64,000 bases of DNA from Burkholderiales bacterium (GTDB lineage Bacteria > Pseudomonadota > Gammaproteobacteria > Burkholderiales > Burkholderiaceae_C): the NCBI GenBank assembly GCA_021732385.1, contig JAKFVA010000009.1:66985-130984 (forward strand), written 5' to 3'. Every line of letters begins with the position of its first letter. Positions within the stretch are counted from its first letter, which is position 1. The notes beneath the pieces are model-generated. The model ran no database searches, was not told the origin of the DNA, and worked only from the letters and a program-made list of their open reading frames with translations. This document shows positions 27,636 to 38,263 of this stretch, in pieces. A program made the position numbers and the translations under genes.

Positions 27636-30380
27636 TTGATTCGTAAGTCACATCGTTTGCAGCGGCTTGTTACAGCCAGTGCGGTTGCTTTTTTGCTGGG
27701 TACATCGGGTTCTCACGTGTTAGCACTCGCTTTGGGCAAAGTCACCGTGCTCTCCGCATTGGGCGAACCTCTCAGAGCCGAGATTGAGGTGCCTGAGGTC
27801 AGCCCCGAAGAAGCGGCCAGCTTGCGCGCTGGTCCCGCAACGCCCGAGGCCTTCAAGGCGGCTGGTTTAGATTACAACAGCATCGTCAACAGCATCCAAG
27901 TCAGCCTGCAAAAGCGTGCCGATGGCCGCTCTTATTTGCGGCTGACTAGTGAACGCGCCATCAATGACCCGTTTATTGACCTGATTTTGGAGGCTAACTG
28001 GTCGTCTGGGCGCATTGTTCGCGACTACACCATGTTGTTTGACCCGCCCAGCTTGCGGGTACAGCCAGCGCCCGCCCCGAGCGCGCCCCAAATCTCCCCT
28101 CCTCCCGCCACTCGTGCTGTGGTGCCGCCGCCCGCTGCGGTGGCACCACCCGCATCGCGTCCTGCAGCACCCCCTGTTGTGATAGCCAGTCCACCTGCGG
28201 CCAAATCCGAGCCAGTACGTAAACCTGCCGCCCCAGCCCCAGCAACACGTGCGGGCGATGCCCGGCAAGTCACCGTGGTTACCGGTGACACAGCGGCCAA
28301 AATCGCCCTCAGCGCCAAACCTGCCAATTTGTCACTTGATCAAATGCTGGTTGCGCTGCTGCGGGCGAATCCAGACGCCTTTGTAGCCGGCAATGTGAAC
28401 CGCCTTAAAGCGGGTGCCGTGCTTGACTTGCCGGACGCTGATGCGGCTGGCCAAACACCCGCCGCCGAGGCGCGCCAAACCATCATTGCGCAAAGCCGCG
28501 ACTTCAACGAGTTCCGGCGCAAGCTGGCACAAAGCGCACCTGCGGCGCAAGTTGCTGTGGCCGAACGCCAGGCCAGCGGCAGCATCACCGCGCAAGTGCA
28601 GGACAAAAAGCCCACATCGGCTGCGCCTGACAAACTGACCCTCTCCAAAGGCGGTTCACAGGCTGCCGCTAATGAAGCGCAAATTGCCAAAGACCGGCAG
28701 GCCAAGGAAGCGGCGGCGCGCACCGCCGAGTTGTCCAAGAATATCCAAGAACTTGCCAAAATTAGTTCGGCAGCCAGCAGCGCCACTCCCGCTACAGCCA
28801 ATGCCAGCACCGCAAAAGGTGGCCTTGCTGTGGCGGTCAGCCCAGCCACAGCGGCATCCGCAATCAAACCTGCCGTGGCAGCAGCCACACCTGCCAGCGC
28901 AGTTGCAGCTGTTGTACCTGCACCCGCGACTGCCCCAGCCAGCGCGCCCACGGCAATCGCACCAGTTACAGCGAGCGCGGCACAAGCAAGCGCAACCACC
29001 AGCCTGGTTGCCCAAGCAAGTGCCACCGTCAGTGCGGTAGCACCTGCTGCCTTGCCAGCTTCTGCCTCACCAGCAGCGCCCGCGGTGGTGAGCCCAGCAT
29101 CAGCCCCACCGAAACCCAAGCCTCTGCCTGCGCCGCCACCACCACCTGAAACCAGCTTGGTCGACGATTTGCTGGAAGACCCATTACTGCCTGTTGGGGC
29201 AGGGGCGCTTGTCGCTTTGCTGCTGGGTTTGGCCGTTTACCGCTCACGCAAGCAGAAAAATACGGGCCAGATCGACAGTTCTTTCCTGGAAAGTCGACTG
29301 CAACCCGACTCATTCTTTGGTGCCAGCGGTGGCCAGCGGGTGGATACCAGCGAATCCAGCGCCACCGGCTCTTCTATGGTGTATTCACCCAGCCAGCTTG
29401 ACGCGGCTGGTGACGTCGACCCTGTGGCTGAAGCCGATGTTTATTTGGCGTATGGCCGTGATCTGCAAGCCGAGGAGATTCTCAAGGAAGCGGTTAGAAG
29501 CAACCCCACACGCGTTGCCATCCACGGCAAACTACTGCAAATTTATGCCAAACGCGGCGACGCAAAAAGCTTTGCCCAGGTTGCCAACGACGCTTACAAA
29601 CTCACTCAAGGCCAAGGCGCAGACTGGAACCAAATCTGCATGCTCGGCAGCGAGATCGATCCTGGCAATCCGCTGTACCGACCCGGCGGCGATCCTGTGA
29701 TCAGCGGTAGTGACCCTGCCTACTCTGGTGCTACGCAAAGTTTCGCTGCCAGCACCTCAGCTCAGCCCATAGAACCGGCTTATGCTGGGCCTTCCGGCAA
29801 CGTAGATCTTGACCTCGATCTGGATTTTTCCATCGGCGATGATGCGAGCGACCATGTTGCAACACAAGCCGTTAGCACCACCCCGGCGCTGTTGGAGCCT
29901 GCGCTTGCAATGGCTGGACAAATGGACGAGCCCCCCACGCTGGACATCGATTTTGGCAACGACAGCATCGACTTGACTACAGCCGCCGCGCCGGTGCAGT
30001 TGTCAGTGCCGGATCTGGCCATGTCGGATAACGGCCTGACTTTCACTCCTGACCCATCGCCTGTATCGCATGCGCCGGTCGCCACACAAGCGCCCATTCC
30101 TGCCAATGACGATTTCGGCATGATGGAGTTTGATCTGGGTGCCTTGTCGCTTGATCTTGGCGGTGGCACTGAGCTGCCCACAGCGGCGCCCACCTTGGCA
30201 GCCGCAGCCCCGGTAGAAATAGAAGAAGACAACCCGCTGGCCACCAAACTGGCGCTGGCTGAAGAGTTCAACGCCATTGGCGATCCTGATGGTGCCCGCT
30301 CGCTGGTGGAAGAGGTAGTGGCCGAGGCTACTGGGCCACTGAAAGAAAAAGCCCAGCGCTTCCTGGCTGAAATCAGCTGA
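27636..30380 (+). CDS. fimV: FimV-family peptidoglycan-binding type IV pilus assembly protein
   Basis: 914 aa with a TTG start. It has a signal/TM N-terminus, the FimV N-domain (LGKVTVLSALGEPLRAEIEV) and a LysM-like segment (VTVVTGDTAAKIAL...LVALLRANPDAF). A long Ala/Pro-rich spacer and a TM follow, then TPR and the FimV C-terminal motif (LATKLALAEEFNAIGDPDGARSLVEEV). Confidence 0.85.
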   Translation: MIRKSHRLQRLVTASAVAFLLGTSGSHVLALALGKVTVLSALGEPLRAEIEVPEVSPEEAASLRAGPATPEAFKAAGLDYNSIVNSIQVSLQKRADGRSYLRLTSERAINDPFIDLILEANWSSGRIVRDYTMLFDPPSLRVQPAPAPSAPQISPPPATRAVVPPPAAVAPPASRPAAPPVVIASPPAAKSEPVRKPAAPAPATRAGDARQVTVVTGDTAAKIALSAKPANLSLDQMLVALLRANPDAFVAGNVNRLKAGAVLDLPDADAAGQTPAAEARQTIIAQSRDFNEFRRKLAQSAPAAQVAVAERQASGSITAQVQDKKPTSAAPDKLTLSKGGSQAAANEAQIAKDRQAKEAAARTAELSKNIQELAKISSAASSATPATANASTAKGGLAVAVSPATAASAIKPAVAAATPASAVAAVVPAPATAPASAPTAIAPVTASAAQASATTSLVAQASATVSAVAPAALPASASPAAPAVVSPASAPPKPKPLPAPPPPPETSLVDDLLEDPLLPVGAGALVALLLGLAVYRSRKQKNTGQIDSSFLESRLQPDSFFGASGGQRVDTSESSATGSSMVYSPSQLDAAGDVDPVAEADVYLAYGRDLQAEEILKEAVRSNPTRVAIHGKLLQIYAKRGDAKSFAQVANDAYKLTQGQGADWNQICMLGSEIDPGNPLYRPGGDPVISGSDPAYSGATQSFAASTSAQPIEPAYAGPSGNVDLDLDLDFSIGDDASDHVATQAVSTTPALLEPALAMAGQMDEPPTLDIDFGNDSIDLTTAAAPVQLSVPDLAMSDNGLTFTPDPSPVSHAPVATQAPIPANDDFGMMEFDLGALSLDLGGGTELPTAAPTLAAAAPVEIEEDNPLATKLALAEEFNAIGDPDGARSLVEEVVAEATGPLKEKAQRFLAEIS

Positions 30381-30382
30381 TT

Positions 30383-30404
30383 GGCCAAGCAACGCGGCTT
30401 GGCC
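30383..30404 (+). terminator. Stem-loop immediately after fimV (possible weak terminator/attenuator)
   Basis: Perfect 8-bp stem ggccaagc / gcttggcc with a 6-nt loop, 3 nt after the fimV stop. Only a weak T-run (gattttgtg) lies about 10 nt downstream. Confidence 0.3.
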
Positions 30405-30448
30405 GTGAACTGGATTTTGTGCACCCGGCCTGAACTGGGTCCAGCGCC

Positions 30449-31246
30449 ATGAGGTGGGCAATGGGCCTGAGCTTTAATGGCCAGGGCTACCAAGGCTGGC
30501 AAAGCCAGTCTTCCGGTAATACCCTGCAAGACCGGCTCGAATCCGCGCTCGCCCGCTTTACCAACCAAAAGACCAGCGTGTTGTGTGCCGGCCGTACCGA
30601 CGCCGGTGTCCATGCCTTGATGCAGGTGGTGCATTTTGACACGGCGCTTGATCGCACGGCTTCCTCCTGGGTACGTGGCACCAATGCCTTTTTGCCTGCT
30701 GACATGGCTGTGCAATGGGCCTGCCTGGTGCCCGATGCCTTTCATTGCCGCGCCAGCGCCTTGTCACGCCGCTACGTTTATGTGCTGCTTGAATCGCCAG
30801 TGCGCCCCAGCGTGGAAGCCGGGCGGGTCGGCTGGATTTACCACCCACTGGACGGGGTTGCCATGCAGCAGGCCGCACAGCTATTGCTGGGCGAGCACAA
30901 TTTCAGCAGCTTTCGGGCGTCTAGCTGCCAGGCGCTGTCACCCGTCAAAACCATGCTTGGCATTGCCATCAGCCAGCGCGGCGCCGGGCCAGGTAGCCGC
31001 TACTGGCGCTTTGAGTTTGAGGCCAGCGCGTTTTTGCACCATATGATCCGCAACATCATGGGTTGCCTGGTGACGATTGGCCTGGGCAATCAGCCTGCGG
31101 CCTGGATGGGCGAGGTACTGGCCGCGCGCAGCCGCTTGGTAGCCGCCCCCACCTTCTCCCCCGACGGCCTGTACTTTCTGGGCCCCCGCTACGAAAGTCA
31201 CTGGGGCTTGCCAACGCAAACGCCTGCGTATGATTGGTTGCCATGA
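30449..31246 (+). CDS. truA: tRNA pseudouridine(38-40) synthase
   Basis: 265 aa. MRWAMGLSFNGQGYQGWQSQ, the catalytic Asp context AGRTDAGVHA, and FLHHMIRNIMG. Confidence 0.9.
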   Translation: MRWAMGLSFNGQGYQGWQSQSSGNTLQDRLESALARFTNQKTSVLCAGRTDAGVHALMQVVHFDTALDRTASSWVRGTNAFLPADMAVQWACLVPDAFHCRASALSRRYVYVLLESPVRPSVEAGRVGWIYHPLDGVAMQQAAQLLLGEHNFSSFRASSCQALSPVKTMLGIAISQRGAGPGSRYWRFEFEASAFLHHMIRNIMGCLVTIGLGNQPAAWMGEVLAARSRLVAAPTFSPDGLYFLGPRYESHWGLPTQTPAYDWLP

Positions 31247-31932
31247 GAACCCGGATAAAAATTTGCGGCCTGACGCGTGAGCAAGACGTGGATGCCGCCG
31301 TGGCCGCGGGTGCCGACGCCGTAGGCTTTGTGCTCTACCCCGCCAGCCCGCGTTGCGTCAGTGCGCAGCGCGCGGCTGCGCTGGCGCGCCGCCTGCCCGC
31401 GTTTGTCACGCCGGTATTCTTGTTTGTCAACGCATCAATTGCCGAGATAAGTACGGCCTGCGGGCTGCAAGCAAACGCCCTGGTGCAGTTCCATGGCGAT
31501 GAGACACCGCAGGACTGCTTGGCTGCCACGGCCAATGGTGCAAGGCCCTTCATGCGCGCGGCCCGGGTTCCGCTTGAGCAAGCCACGCCGTTTGACTTGG
31601 TAAAATTTGCGCAGGCCAATGCGCAGGCCCAAGCCATCTTGCTTGACACATATGCCCCGGAGTTTGGCGGTAGCGGGAAAACATTCAATTGGTCACAGCT
31701 TCCAGCCTACGTCGGCGCTCACCTCGTTTTGTCTGGTGGACTCACATCGGAAAACGTGGGCGATGGCATTGCCCAGGTGCGGCCACGCGGCCTGTCGCTG
31801 GCTGTTGATGTGAGCTCGGGCGTCGAGGCCGATGGCCCCAACAGCAAGGGCATCAAAGACGCCCTCAAGATTAAACAATTCGTCGCTGCCGTGCGTGCGG
31901 CTGACGCGTTACTTTGCAAAGACCCACCATGA
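31243..31932 (+). CDS. trpF: Phosphoribosylanthranilate isomerase
   Basis: [34 protein letters not shown]. The ATG at 31243 overlaps the truA stop (ATGA). Confidence 0.9.
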   Translation: MRTRIKICGLTREQDVDAAVAAGADAVGFVLYPASPRCVSAQRAAALARRLPAFVTPVFLFVNASIAEISTACGLQANALVQFHGDETPQDCLAATANGARPFMRAARVPLEQATPFDLVKFAQANAQAQAILLDTYAPEFGGSGKTFNWSQLPAYVGAHLVLSGGLTSENVGDGIAQVRPRGLSLAVDVSSGVEADGPNSKGIKDALKIKQFVAAVRAADALLCKDPP

Positions 31933-33239
31933 CCCCGTATCAGCAACCTGACGCCGCAGGCCACTTTGGTCCCTACGGTGGCAGCTTCGTCAGCGAGACG
32001 CTGACGCATGCCATTGAAGAGCTCAAAACCGCTTACGCGAAGTACCAACATGAACCCGCGTTCCTGGCTGAATTTCAGCGTGAGCTCAAGCACTTTGTAG
32101 GCCGCCCCTCGCCCATCTACCATGCCGACCGCATGAGCCGCGAACAAGGCGGCGCACAGATTTACCTGAAACGCGAAGACCTCAACCATACCGGCGCGCA
32201 CAAAATCAACAACACCATCGGGCAGGCCATGCTGGCCAAGCGCATGGGCAAGCCGCGCGTGATTGCCGAGACCGGTGCAGGCCAGCATGGCGTGGCCACC
32301 GCCACCATCTGCGCGCGTTACGGCCTGGAATGCGTGGTCTACATGGGCAGCGAAGATGTGAAACGCCAAAGCCCCAATGTTTACCGCATGAAGCTGCTGG
32401 GTGCTACTGTGGTGCCAGTCACCTCCGGCAGCCGCACCCTGAAAGACGCGCTCAACGAAGCGTTGCGCGACTGGGTAGCGAATGTGGACAACACCTTCTA
32501 CATCATTGGCACCGTGGCCGGGCCACACCCCTACCCGATGATGGTGCGCGACTTTCAAAGCGTGATTGGTACCGAGTGCATTGCGCAAATGCCAGACATG
32601 CTGATGGCGCAAAACATTACCCAGCCACAGCCCGACGCCGTGATTGCCTGCGTGGGAGGCGGCAGCAATGCCATGGGCATTTTCCATCCGTATATCGAGC
32701 ACAAAAATACGCGCCTGGTTGGCGTGGAAGCCGCGGGTGAAGGCATGGACAGCGGCAAGCATTCAGCCTCGCTGCAGCGCGGCTTGCCTGGCGTGCTGCA
32801 TGGCAACCGCACCTATGTGCTGCAAAACGATGATGGCCAGGTCACCGAAACGCACAGCATCAGCGCTGGCCTTGACTACCCAGGCGTTGGTCCCGAGCAC
32901 GCCTGGCTCAAGGACATTGGCCGCGCCGAGTACGTGGGCATCACCGACACCGAAGCGCTGGACGCTTTCCACTACCTGTGCCGTACCGAAGGCATCATCC
33001 CCGCGCTGGAATCCAGCCATGCCATCGCCTACGCCATGAAGCTGGCCAAAACCATGACCCCGCAGCAGTCGATTCTGGTCAACCTCTCGGGCCGTGGCGA
33101 CAAAGACATTGGCACCGTGGCCGACCTCAGCGGCGCCGACTTTTTCTGCCGTCCCTCATGCCAGGGCCAGGGCGTCAAAGGCGGTAACCCGGGCGGTATG
33201 GCTGCGCAAGCCATTGCGGTTTACGCCAAAACGCCATGA
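31929..33239 (+). CDS. trpB: Tryptophan synthase beta chain (with ~27-aa C-terminal extension)
   Basis: [15 protein letters not shown], the PLP Lys context [22 protein letters not shown] and LSGRGDKD. The ATG at 31929 overlaps the trpF stop. Confidence 0.95.
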   Translation: MTPYQQPDAAGHFGPYGGSFVSETLTHAIEELKTAYAKYQHEPAFLAEFQRELKHFVGRPSPIYHADRMSREQGGAQIYLKREDLNHTGAHKINNTIGQAMLAKRMGKPRVIAETGAGQHGVATATICARYGLECVVYMGSEDVKRQSPNVYRMKLLGATVVPVTSGSRTLKDALNEALRDWVANVDNTFYIIGTVAGPHPYPMMVRDFQSVIGTECIAQMPDMLMAQNITQPQPDAVIACVGGGSNAMGIFHPYIEHKNTRLVGVEAAGEGMDSGKHSASLQRGLPGVLHGNRTYVLQNDDGQVTETHSISAGLDYPGVGPEHAWLKDIGRAEYVGITDTEALDAFHYLCRTEGIIPALESSHAIAYAMKLAKTMTPQQSILVNLSGRGDKDIGTVADLSGADFFCRPSCQGQGVKGGNPGGMAAQAIAVYAKTP

Positions 33240-34045
33240 GCCGCATTCAGGCCAGCTTCGCCGCGCTACAAGCGCAGCAGCGCAAAGCGCTGATTCCCTA
33301 CGTGATGGCTGGCTTCCCGTATGCCGACATCACCCCCGCCCTGATGCGCGGCCTGGCCGATGCCGGGGCTGACGTGATTGAGCTGGGCATGCCCTTTTCC
33401 GACCCGTCGGCCGACGGCCCGGTCATTCAAAAAGCGGGGGAAAAGGCACTCGCTTTCGGTATTGGCGTAGCGCAGGTCTTGCAGATGGTGCGCGAGTTTC
33501 GCCAGACCCACAACACCCCGGTGGTGCTGATGGGTTACGCCAATCCGCTGGAGCGCTACGACATAAAGCACGGAGCCGGGCGCTTTATTGCAGACGCGCA
33601 CCAGGCCGGGGTCGATGGCCTGCTGGTGGTGGACTACCCCCCAGAAGAATGTGTGCAATTCGCCGCCGACCTCAAGGCGCGGCAAATGGACCTGATCTTT
33701 TTGCTCGCCCCCACCAGTACCGCTGAGCGCATGGCGCAGGTTGGCCAACTCGCCAGCGGCTATGTGTACTACGTGTCGCTCAAGGGCGTCACCGGCTCGG
33801 GCGCGCTCGACGTGGGCGCCGTGGCTGCTATGCTGCCGCGCATTCGCCAGCATGTGCCCATTCCCGTGGGTGTGGGCTTTGGCATCCGCGACGCGCAGAC
33901 CGCTAAAACCCTGAGCCAGGTGGCCGATGCGGTGGTCATTGGCAGCAAGATCATTCAACTGATTGAACACCAGCCAAAAGAGAACTTGGCCGAGACTGCG
34001 GCTGCATTTTTACGCACCATCCGCGCTGCGCTAGACTCAAATTAA
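33236..34045 (+). CDS. trpA: Tryptophan synthase alpha chain
   Basis: 269 aa. [39 protein letters not shown] and GFGI. The start overlaps the trpB stop (ATGA). Confidence 0.95.
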   Translation: MSRIQASFAALQAQQRKALIPYVMAGFPYADITPALMRGLADAGADVIELGMPFSDPSADGPVIQKAGEKALAFGIGVAQVLQMVREFRQTHNTPVVLMGYANPLERYDIKHGAGRFIADAHQAGVDGLLVVDYPPEECVQFAADLKARQMDLIFLLAPTSTAERMAQVGQLASGYVYYVSLKGVTGSGALDVGAVAAMLPRIRQHVPIPVGVGFGIRDAQTAKTLSQVADAVVIGSKIIQLIEHQPKENLAETAAAFLRTIRAALDSN

Positions 34046-34066
34046 TGCAATCCACAGGAGGCTTCC

Positions 34067-34939
34067 ATGTCCTGGCTTGAAAAACTGCTCCCGCCCAAAA
34101 TCCAGCACACCGACCCGGAAGGCCGCCGCACCGTGCCTGAGGGCCTGTGGGTCAAATGCCCCAGCTGCGAAGCCGTGTTGTACAAAACCGATCTGGAGCA
34201 AAACCAGAATGTATGCCCGCCCTGCGGCCACCACCACCGCATTGGCGCGCGCGCCCGCTTGAACGCTTTTCTGGATGCCGAGGGCCGCTACGAAATTGGC
34301 CAGGAAGTACTCCCCGTGGACGGCCTCAAATTCAAGGACAGCCGCAAATACCCCGAACGCCTGAAAGAAGCGCTGGAGAACACGGGCGAAACCGACGCGC
34401 TGATTGTCATGGGTGGCGCGGTGCACAGCATCAGCGTGGTGGTGGCCTGCTTTGAATTTGACTTTATGGGCGGCAGCATGGGCAGCGTGGTGGGCGAGCG
34501 TTTTGTGCGTGGCGTGGAAACCGCCATCGAGCAAAAGGTGCCCTTCATCTGCTTTGCCGCCTCGGGGGGCGCGCGCATGCAAGAAGGTTTGCTCAGCCTG
34601 ATGCAAATGGCCAAGACCAATGCCGCCCTGACCCACCTGGCCAAAAAGAACCTTCCCTACATCAGCGTGCTGACCGACCCAACCATGGGCGGTGTATCAG
34701 CCAGCTTTGCTTTTGTGGGCGATGTGGTGATTGCCGAGCCCAAGGCGCTGATCGGCTTTGCCGGGCCGCGCGTGATTGAATCGACCGTACGTGTGACCCT
34801 GCCCGAGGGCTTTCAGCGCTCGGAATTTTTGCTGCAAAAAGGCGCGGTGGATTTAATTGCCGACCGACGCGAGTTGCGCAAAACCATTGCGAACACGCTG
34901 GCCATGTTGCTGCGCCAGCCAGCCGATGCGGTGGTCTAA
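34067..34939 (+). CDS. accD: Acetyl-CoA carboxylase carboxyltransferase beta subunit
   Basis: 290 aa. The zinc ribbon is [12 protein letters not shown]...CPPCGHHHR. Also [14 protein letters not shown] and [10 protein letters not shown]. Confidence 0.95.
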   Translation: MSWLEKLLPPKIQHTDPEGRRTVPEGLWVKCPSCEAVLYKTDLEQNQNVCPPCGHHHRIGARARLNAFLDAEGRYEIGQEVLPVDGLKFKDSRKYPERLKEALENTGETDALIVMGGAVHSISVVVACFEFDFMGGSMGSVVGERFVRGVETAIEQKVPFICFAASGGARMQEGLLSLMQMAKTNAALTHLAKKNLPYISVLTDPTMGGVSASFAFVGDVVIAEPKALIGFAGPRVIESTVRVTLPEGFQRSEFLLQKGAVDLIADRRELRKTIANTLAMLLRQPADAVV

Positions 34940-34958
34940 GCCCACGCCACCTGCGCGC

Positions 34959-35516
34959 TTACAGTAGCCCAATCACGCTGGCCTGCAAATGGGCCAGCAC
35001 AATCGTCAGCACCTGCAGCAGCACCAGCAACACCAAAGGCGACAAGTCGATACCGCCCACCAGCGGCATGACCCGGCGCAGTGGACGCAGCAGCGGCGCG
35101 CACAACCGCTCAAGCAGGTCGATCATGGGTGAGTCGCTGCGCAGCCAAGATGCGATGGCATACACAATCAGCAAGCCTGTCAGCGCCGAAATAGCCAGCC
35201 GCAGCAAAGCAAACACAGCCCCCAGACTCAGCCAGAGCGGGTTCACGGCAAAGCCGCTCACCAGCAAACTCAACAGCAGCAACTTCACCCACACCAGCGC
35301 ATACGCCGCTACAGCACTGGCGGTGTCCCAGCGTCCCACGGCAGGCAACAAGCGCCGCAGCGGCAACACCAGCCAGTTGGTCAGCGCAAACACAAACTGT
35401 CCCACCGGGTTACCAAACGGCAGCTTTTGGTATTGCATATACAAACGCAACAGACAGGCGCTGGCCAACAAGCTGGCAGCAATTTCAAGCAGGAATGAGG
35501 TAATTTGAATCAGCAT
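34959..35516 (-). CDS. yggT: YggT-family membrane protein
   Basis: The internal ATG at 35516 (MLIQITSFLLEIAASLL) gives 185 aa with four TM segments. The duplicated YggT motif is visible (LPLRRLLP...; LRPLRRVMPLVGGIDLSPLVLLVLLQ). Confidence 0.8.
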   Translation of the reverse strand: MLIQITSFLLEIAASLLASACLLRLYMQYQKLPFGNPVGQFVFALTNWLVLPLRRLLPAVGRWDTASAVAAYALVWVKLLLLSLLVSGFAVNPLWLSLGAVFALLRLAISALTGLLIVYAIASWLRSDSPMIDLLERLCAPLLRPLRRVMPLVGGIDLSPLVLLVLLQVLTIVLAHLQASVIGLL

Positions 35517-35536
35517 GGGATTGGGCCTTGGAAAAC

Positions 35537-35560
35537 CCGTACGATAAAGCCGTACGATAA
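35537..35560. promoter_or_regulatory. Tandem 11-bp direct repeat ccgtacgataa x2 in the yggT / lonN-like divergent region
   Basis: Unit 1 is 35537-35547 and unit 2 is 35550-35560, with a 13-bp period. Each unit contains the palindrome cgtacg. The repeats end 2 nt before the GTG of the downstream gene. Confidence 0.3.
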
Positions 35561-35562
35561 CA

Positions 35563-36204
35563 GTGACCATGAGTTCAAAACCCTTGACCCTGTCCTCTTT
35601 GCCCCTATTTCCGCTGGGTGCCGTGCTGTTTCCCGGTGGCTTGTTGCCGCTGCGCATTTTTGAAGTGCGCTACCTCGACATGATCCGCAAATGCCACTTG
35701 GCCGGTGCGCCGTTTGGCGTGGTGAACCTGAGCACAGGCAACGAAGTGCAAAAACCCGGCGGCAAGGAAAGTTTCTCGCAAATCGGCACGCTGGCCACCA
35801 TTACCGAGTTTGAAGCCACCCAGCCTGGCCTGATGACCATTCGCTGCACGGGCGCGCAACGCTTTCGCATCACCGCCAGCAACCAGCTCAAGCACGGCCT
35901 GTGGGTGGCCAATGTGGAGCGCCTGGCCGCCGACATGGCCGTGCCTATTCCCGATGACCTCAAACCCACGGCACTGGCCCTGGGCAAGCTGATTCAAAAC
36001 CTGCAACAGCGCGAGCTAACACCGGAGCAAATGCCCTTGGCAGGCCCCTGGCAGCTTGACGACTGCGGCTGGGTGGCCAACCGTTGGTGCGAATTGCTGC
36101 CGCTGTCCATCGACGTCAAGCAGCGCATGATGGAGCTGGACAACCCGCTGGTGCGCCTGGAATTGGTCAGCGACGTGCTGGGGCGAACAGGAATTGCAGG
36201 CTAA
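35563..36204 (+). CDS. LON substrate-binding (Lon N-terminal) domain protein
   Basis: 213 aa. LPLFPLGAVLFPGGLLPLRIFEVRYLDMI is the classic Lon N-domain start. No ATPase or protease domain is present. The start is GTG 35563 or ATG 35569. Confidence 0.8.
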   Translation: MTMSSKPLTLSSLPLFPLGAVLFPGGLLPLRIFEVRYLDMIRKCHLAGAPFGVVNLSTGNEVQKPGGKESFSQIGTLATITEFEATQPGLMTIRCTGAQRFRITASNQLKHGLWVANVERLAADMAVPIPDDLKPTALALGKLIQNLQQRELTPEQMPLAGPWQLDDCGWVANRWCELLPLSIDVKQRMMELDNPLVRLELVSDVLGRTGIAG

Positions 36205-36273
36205 ACCACTGCCCTGATACCACTCACCAACAGTCGCACCGCCACTGCCGCAGCAGCCTGGCTAACGCCCAAC

Positions 36274-37599
36274 TCACCACCCAATCGCCTTGGGCAGCCA
36301 CAGCGCAATCTGCGGGTAGAAAAACACCAGGGCCAGCGTCACGCCCTGCATCAGCACAAAGGGTATGACGCCTTTGTAGATGTCCTTGATGGTGACCTCC
36401 GGCGGGGCGACGCCTTTCAGGTAAAACAGCGCCCAGCCAAACGGCGGCGTTAAAAACGACGACTGCAAGTTGACGGTAATCAGCATGGCCAGCCAAACCG
36501 GGTCCACCCCCTGAGCCAGCAGCACCGGCATGAACAACGGCACGGCGATGTAGCTGATTTCAATCCATTCAATGAAAAAACCGAGGATGAAAATCAGGAA
36601 CATCATGAACCAGATGTCGCTGTTGACGCCGCCAGGCAGCAAGTCAAACATCCGGGTGATCAGGTCTTCGCCATGCAGGCCGCGAAAGGCCAGCGCAAAC
36701 ACCTGCGCGGTCATCAAGATGAACATCATGATGGCGGTAATCTTGCTGGTATCCAGCGCCACGGCTTTGAGCGTTTTCCAGGTGAAGCGGCCCGACAGCA
36801 CGGTAATCAGCACCGCGCCCACAGCGCCCATGGAAGCCGCCTCGGTGGGCGCGGCAACGCCGCCCACAATTGAGCCCAGCACCGACACTACCAGCATGAT
36901 GGGCGGCACCACCACTTTCCAAAAGCGTATCCACAGCTCGCGGCGCGATACCAGTTGGCGCTCGGCCAGCGGAATGGGCGGCATGGAATCGGGCTTCCAC
37001 CAGGCGTAGACCAGAATGAAGATGATGTACACGCCCGACAGCAGCAAGCCCGGCCCCACGGCTGCGGCAAACAGTGTGCCCACAGACAGTTGCATGATGT
37101 CGGAGAGCAAAATCAAAATCAGGCTGGGCGGAATAATTTGCCCCAGCGTGCCCGACGCGCAGATAGCGCCACAGGCAATGCTTTTGTCATAGCCGCGCCG
37201 AATCAGCGTGGGCAGCGTCAGCAGGCCCAGCGTAATCACAGTGGCGCCCACAATGCCGGTGGTGGCCCCCATCAGCACGCCAAACAAGATAATGCCCACA
37301 CCCATGCCACCGCGCACGCCACCGGCAATGTGGCCCATGACGTCGAGCAAATCGTCGGCCAGGCGGGATTTCTCCAGCATCACGCCCATGAAAACAAACA
37401 GCGGAATCGCCATCCACTGGTAGCCCGCCACAATGCCGTAAAAGCGCGCAGGCAATAGCTGAAACAGCGTGTCGCCAAAACCCAGGTAGCCAAACACCAG
37501 GCCCACGGTAGCCAGCGTCACGGCGACTGGCACGCCAATCATCAGCATGGCAAAAAAGCCCACCAGCATGAAGATGGCGTAGGTTTGCGGTTCAAACAT
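36274..37599 (-). CDS. TRAP transporter large permease subunit (DctM family)
   Basis: Polytopic membrane protein of about 441 aa starting at ATG 37599 (MFEPQTYAIFMLVGFFAML). It overlaps the dctQ-like stop by 8 nt. Conserved DctM-like stretches include GGVRGGMGVGIILFGVLMGATTG. Confidence 0.9.
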   Translation of the reverse strand: MFEPQTYAIFMLVGFFAMLMIGVPVAVTLATVGLVFGYLGFGDTLFQLLPARFYGIVAGYQWMAIPLFVFMGVMLEKSRLADDLLDVMGHIAGGVRGGMGVGIILFGVLMGATTGIVGATVITLGLLTLPTLIRRGYDKSIACGAICASGTLGQIIPPSLILILLSDIMQLSVGTLFAAAVGPGLLLSGVYIIFILVYAWWKPDSMPPIPLAERQLVSRRELWIRFWKVVVPPIMLVVSVLGSIVGGVAAPTEAASMGAVGAVLITVLSGRFTWKTLKAVALDTSKITAIMMFILMTAQVFALAFRGLHGEDLITRMFDLLPGGVNSDIWFMMFLIFILGFFIEWIEISYIAVPLFMPVLLAQGVDPVWLAMLITVNLQSSFLTPPFGWALFYLKGVAPPEVTIKDIYKGVIPFVLMQGVTLALVFFYPQIALWLPKAIGW

Positions 37600-38263
37600 G
37601 GGGGGCCTGTTCAGTGACTTGTTCGTTAACTTTTTCAACAATCGCCGGCGGGCCGTTGCGGTACACCTGCACCACGCGCAGCAGTTCGGCCAGGGCTTGC
37701 AGCACCAACAAACCGTAGCCCAGCGGAATCAGCGACTTGACAATCCAGCGCAGCGGTATGCCGCCGGGGTCGGGCGAGCCCTCGCTGATGGAATACGACT
37801 GCGCCACATAAGCCAGTGAGAGCTTCACAAACAGCGCCGCTATGAGCATGGTGAGCACGGCCGAAGTCACATCCACCATGAATTTGCGGCGGCGGCTGTA
37901 GCCAGCGTAAAACAAGTCCACCCGCACGTTGTCGCCACGTTGCAGGGCGTAGCTCATGCCCAGCAAAATCAGCGCGGCCAGCAGGTGCCACTCAAGCTCT
38001 TGCGCCCACACCGAGCCAATGCTGAACAAGTAGCGCAGCAGCACATTGGTGGCTACCAGGGCAATCATGGCCAGCGCAATCCACACCGTGGCGTGGCCGA
38101 TGGCGTCTACCAGTTGCTCAATGCGCGCCTGCAGTTGCCACAGCCAAGAAAGTGGCCCGCGCGGCCCCGGCTCTGGGCCGCGCACAGGCCCGGCAGCCGC
38201 CGCTGGCTGCGGCGTCAAGCCTGAACCTTGTTGTGGTAGGCGGTTTCGCTGTAGGTAGACCAA
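37592..38263 (-). CDS. TRAP transporter small permease subunit (DctQ family)
   Basis: Four TM segments, lying between the dctP-like and dctM-like genes. The start is uncertain. The ORF-track start at 38263 overlaps the dctP-like gene by 49 nt and adds a Pro/Gly-rich N-terminus. Confidence 0.7.
   Translation of the reverse strand: MVYLQRNRLPQQGSGLTPQPAAAAGPVRGPEPGPRGPLSWLWQLQARIEQLVDAIGHATVWIALAMIALVATNVLLRYLFSIGSVWAQELEWHLLAALILLGMSYALQRGDNVRVDLFYAGYSRRRKFMVDVTSAVLTMLIAALFVKLSLAYVAQSYSISEGSPDPGGIPLRWIVKSLIPLGYGLLVLQALAELLRVVQVYRNGPPAIVEKVNEQVTEQAPHV

Noticed and set aside
28050-29200. Repetitive Ala/Pro-rich DNA in fimV (and RGG repeats in rne) as possible CRISPR or tandem-repeat arrays
   Set aside because: The repeats are imperfect, in frame and inside long ORFs with recognisable flanking domains. 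They have no spacer-repeat periodicity and no nearby cas genes.
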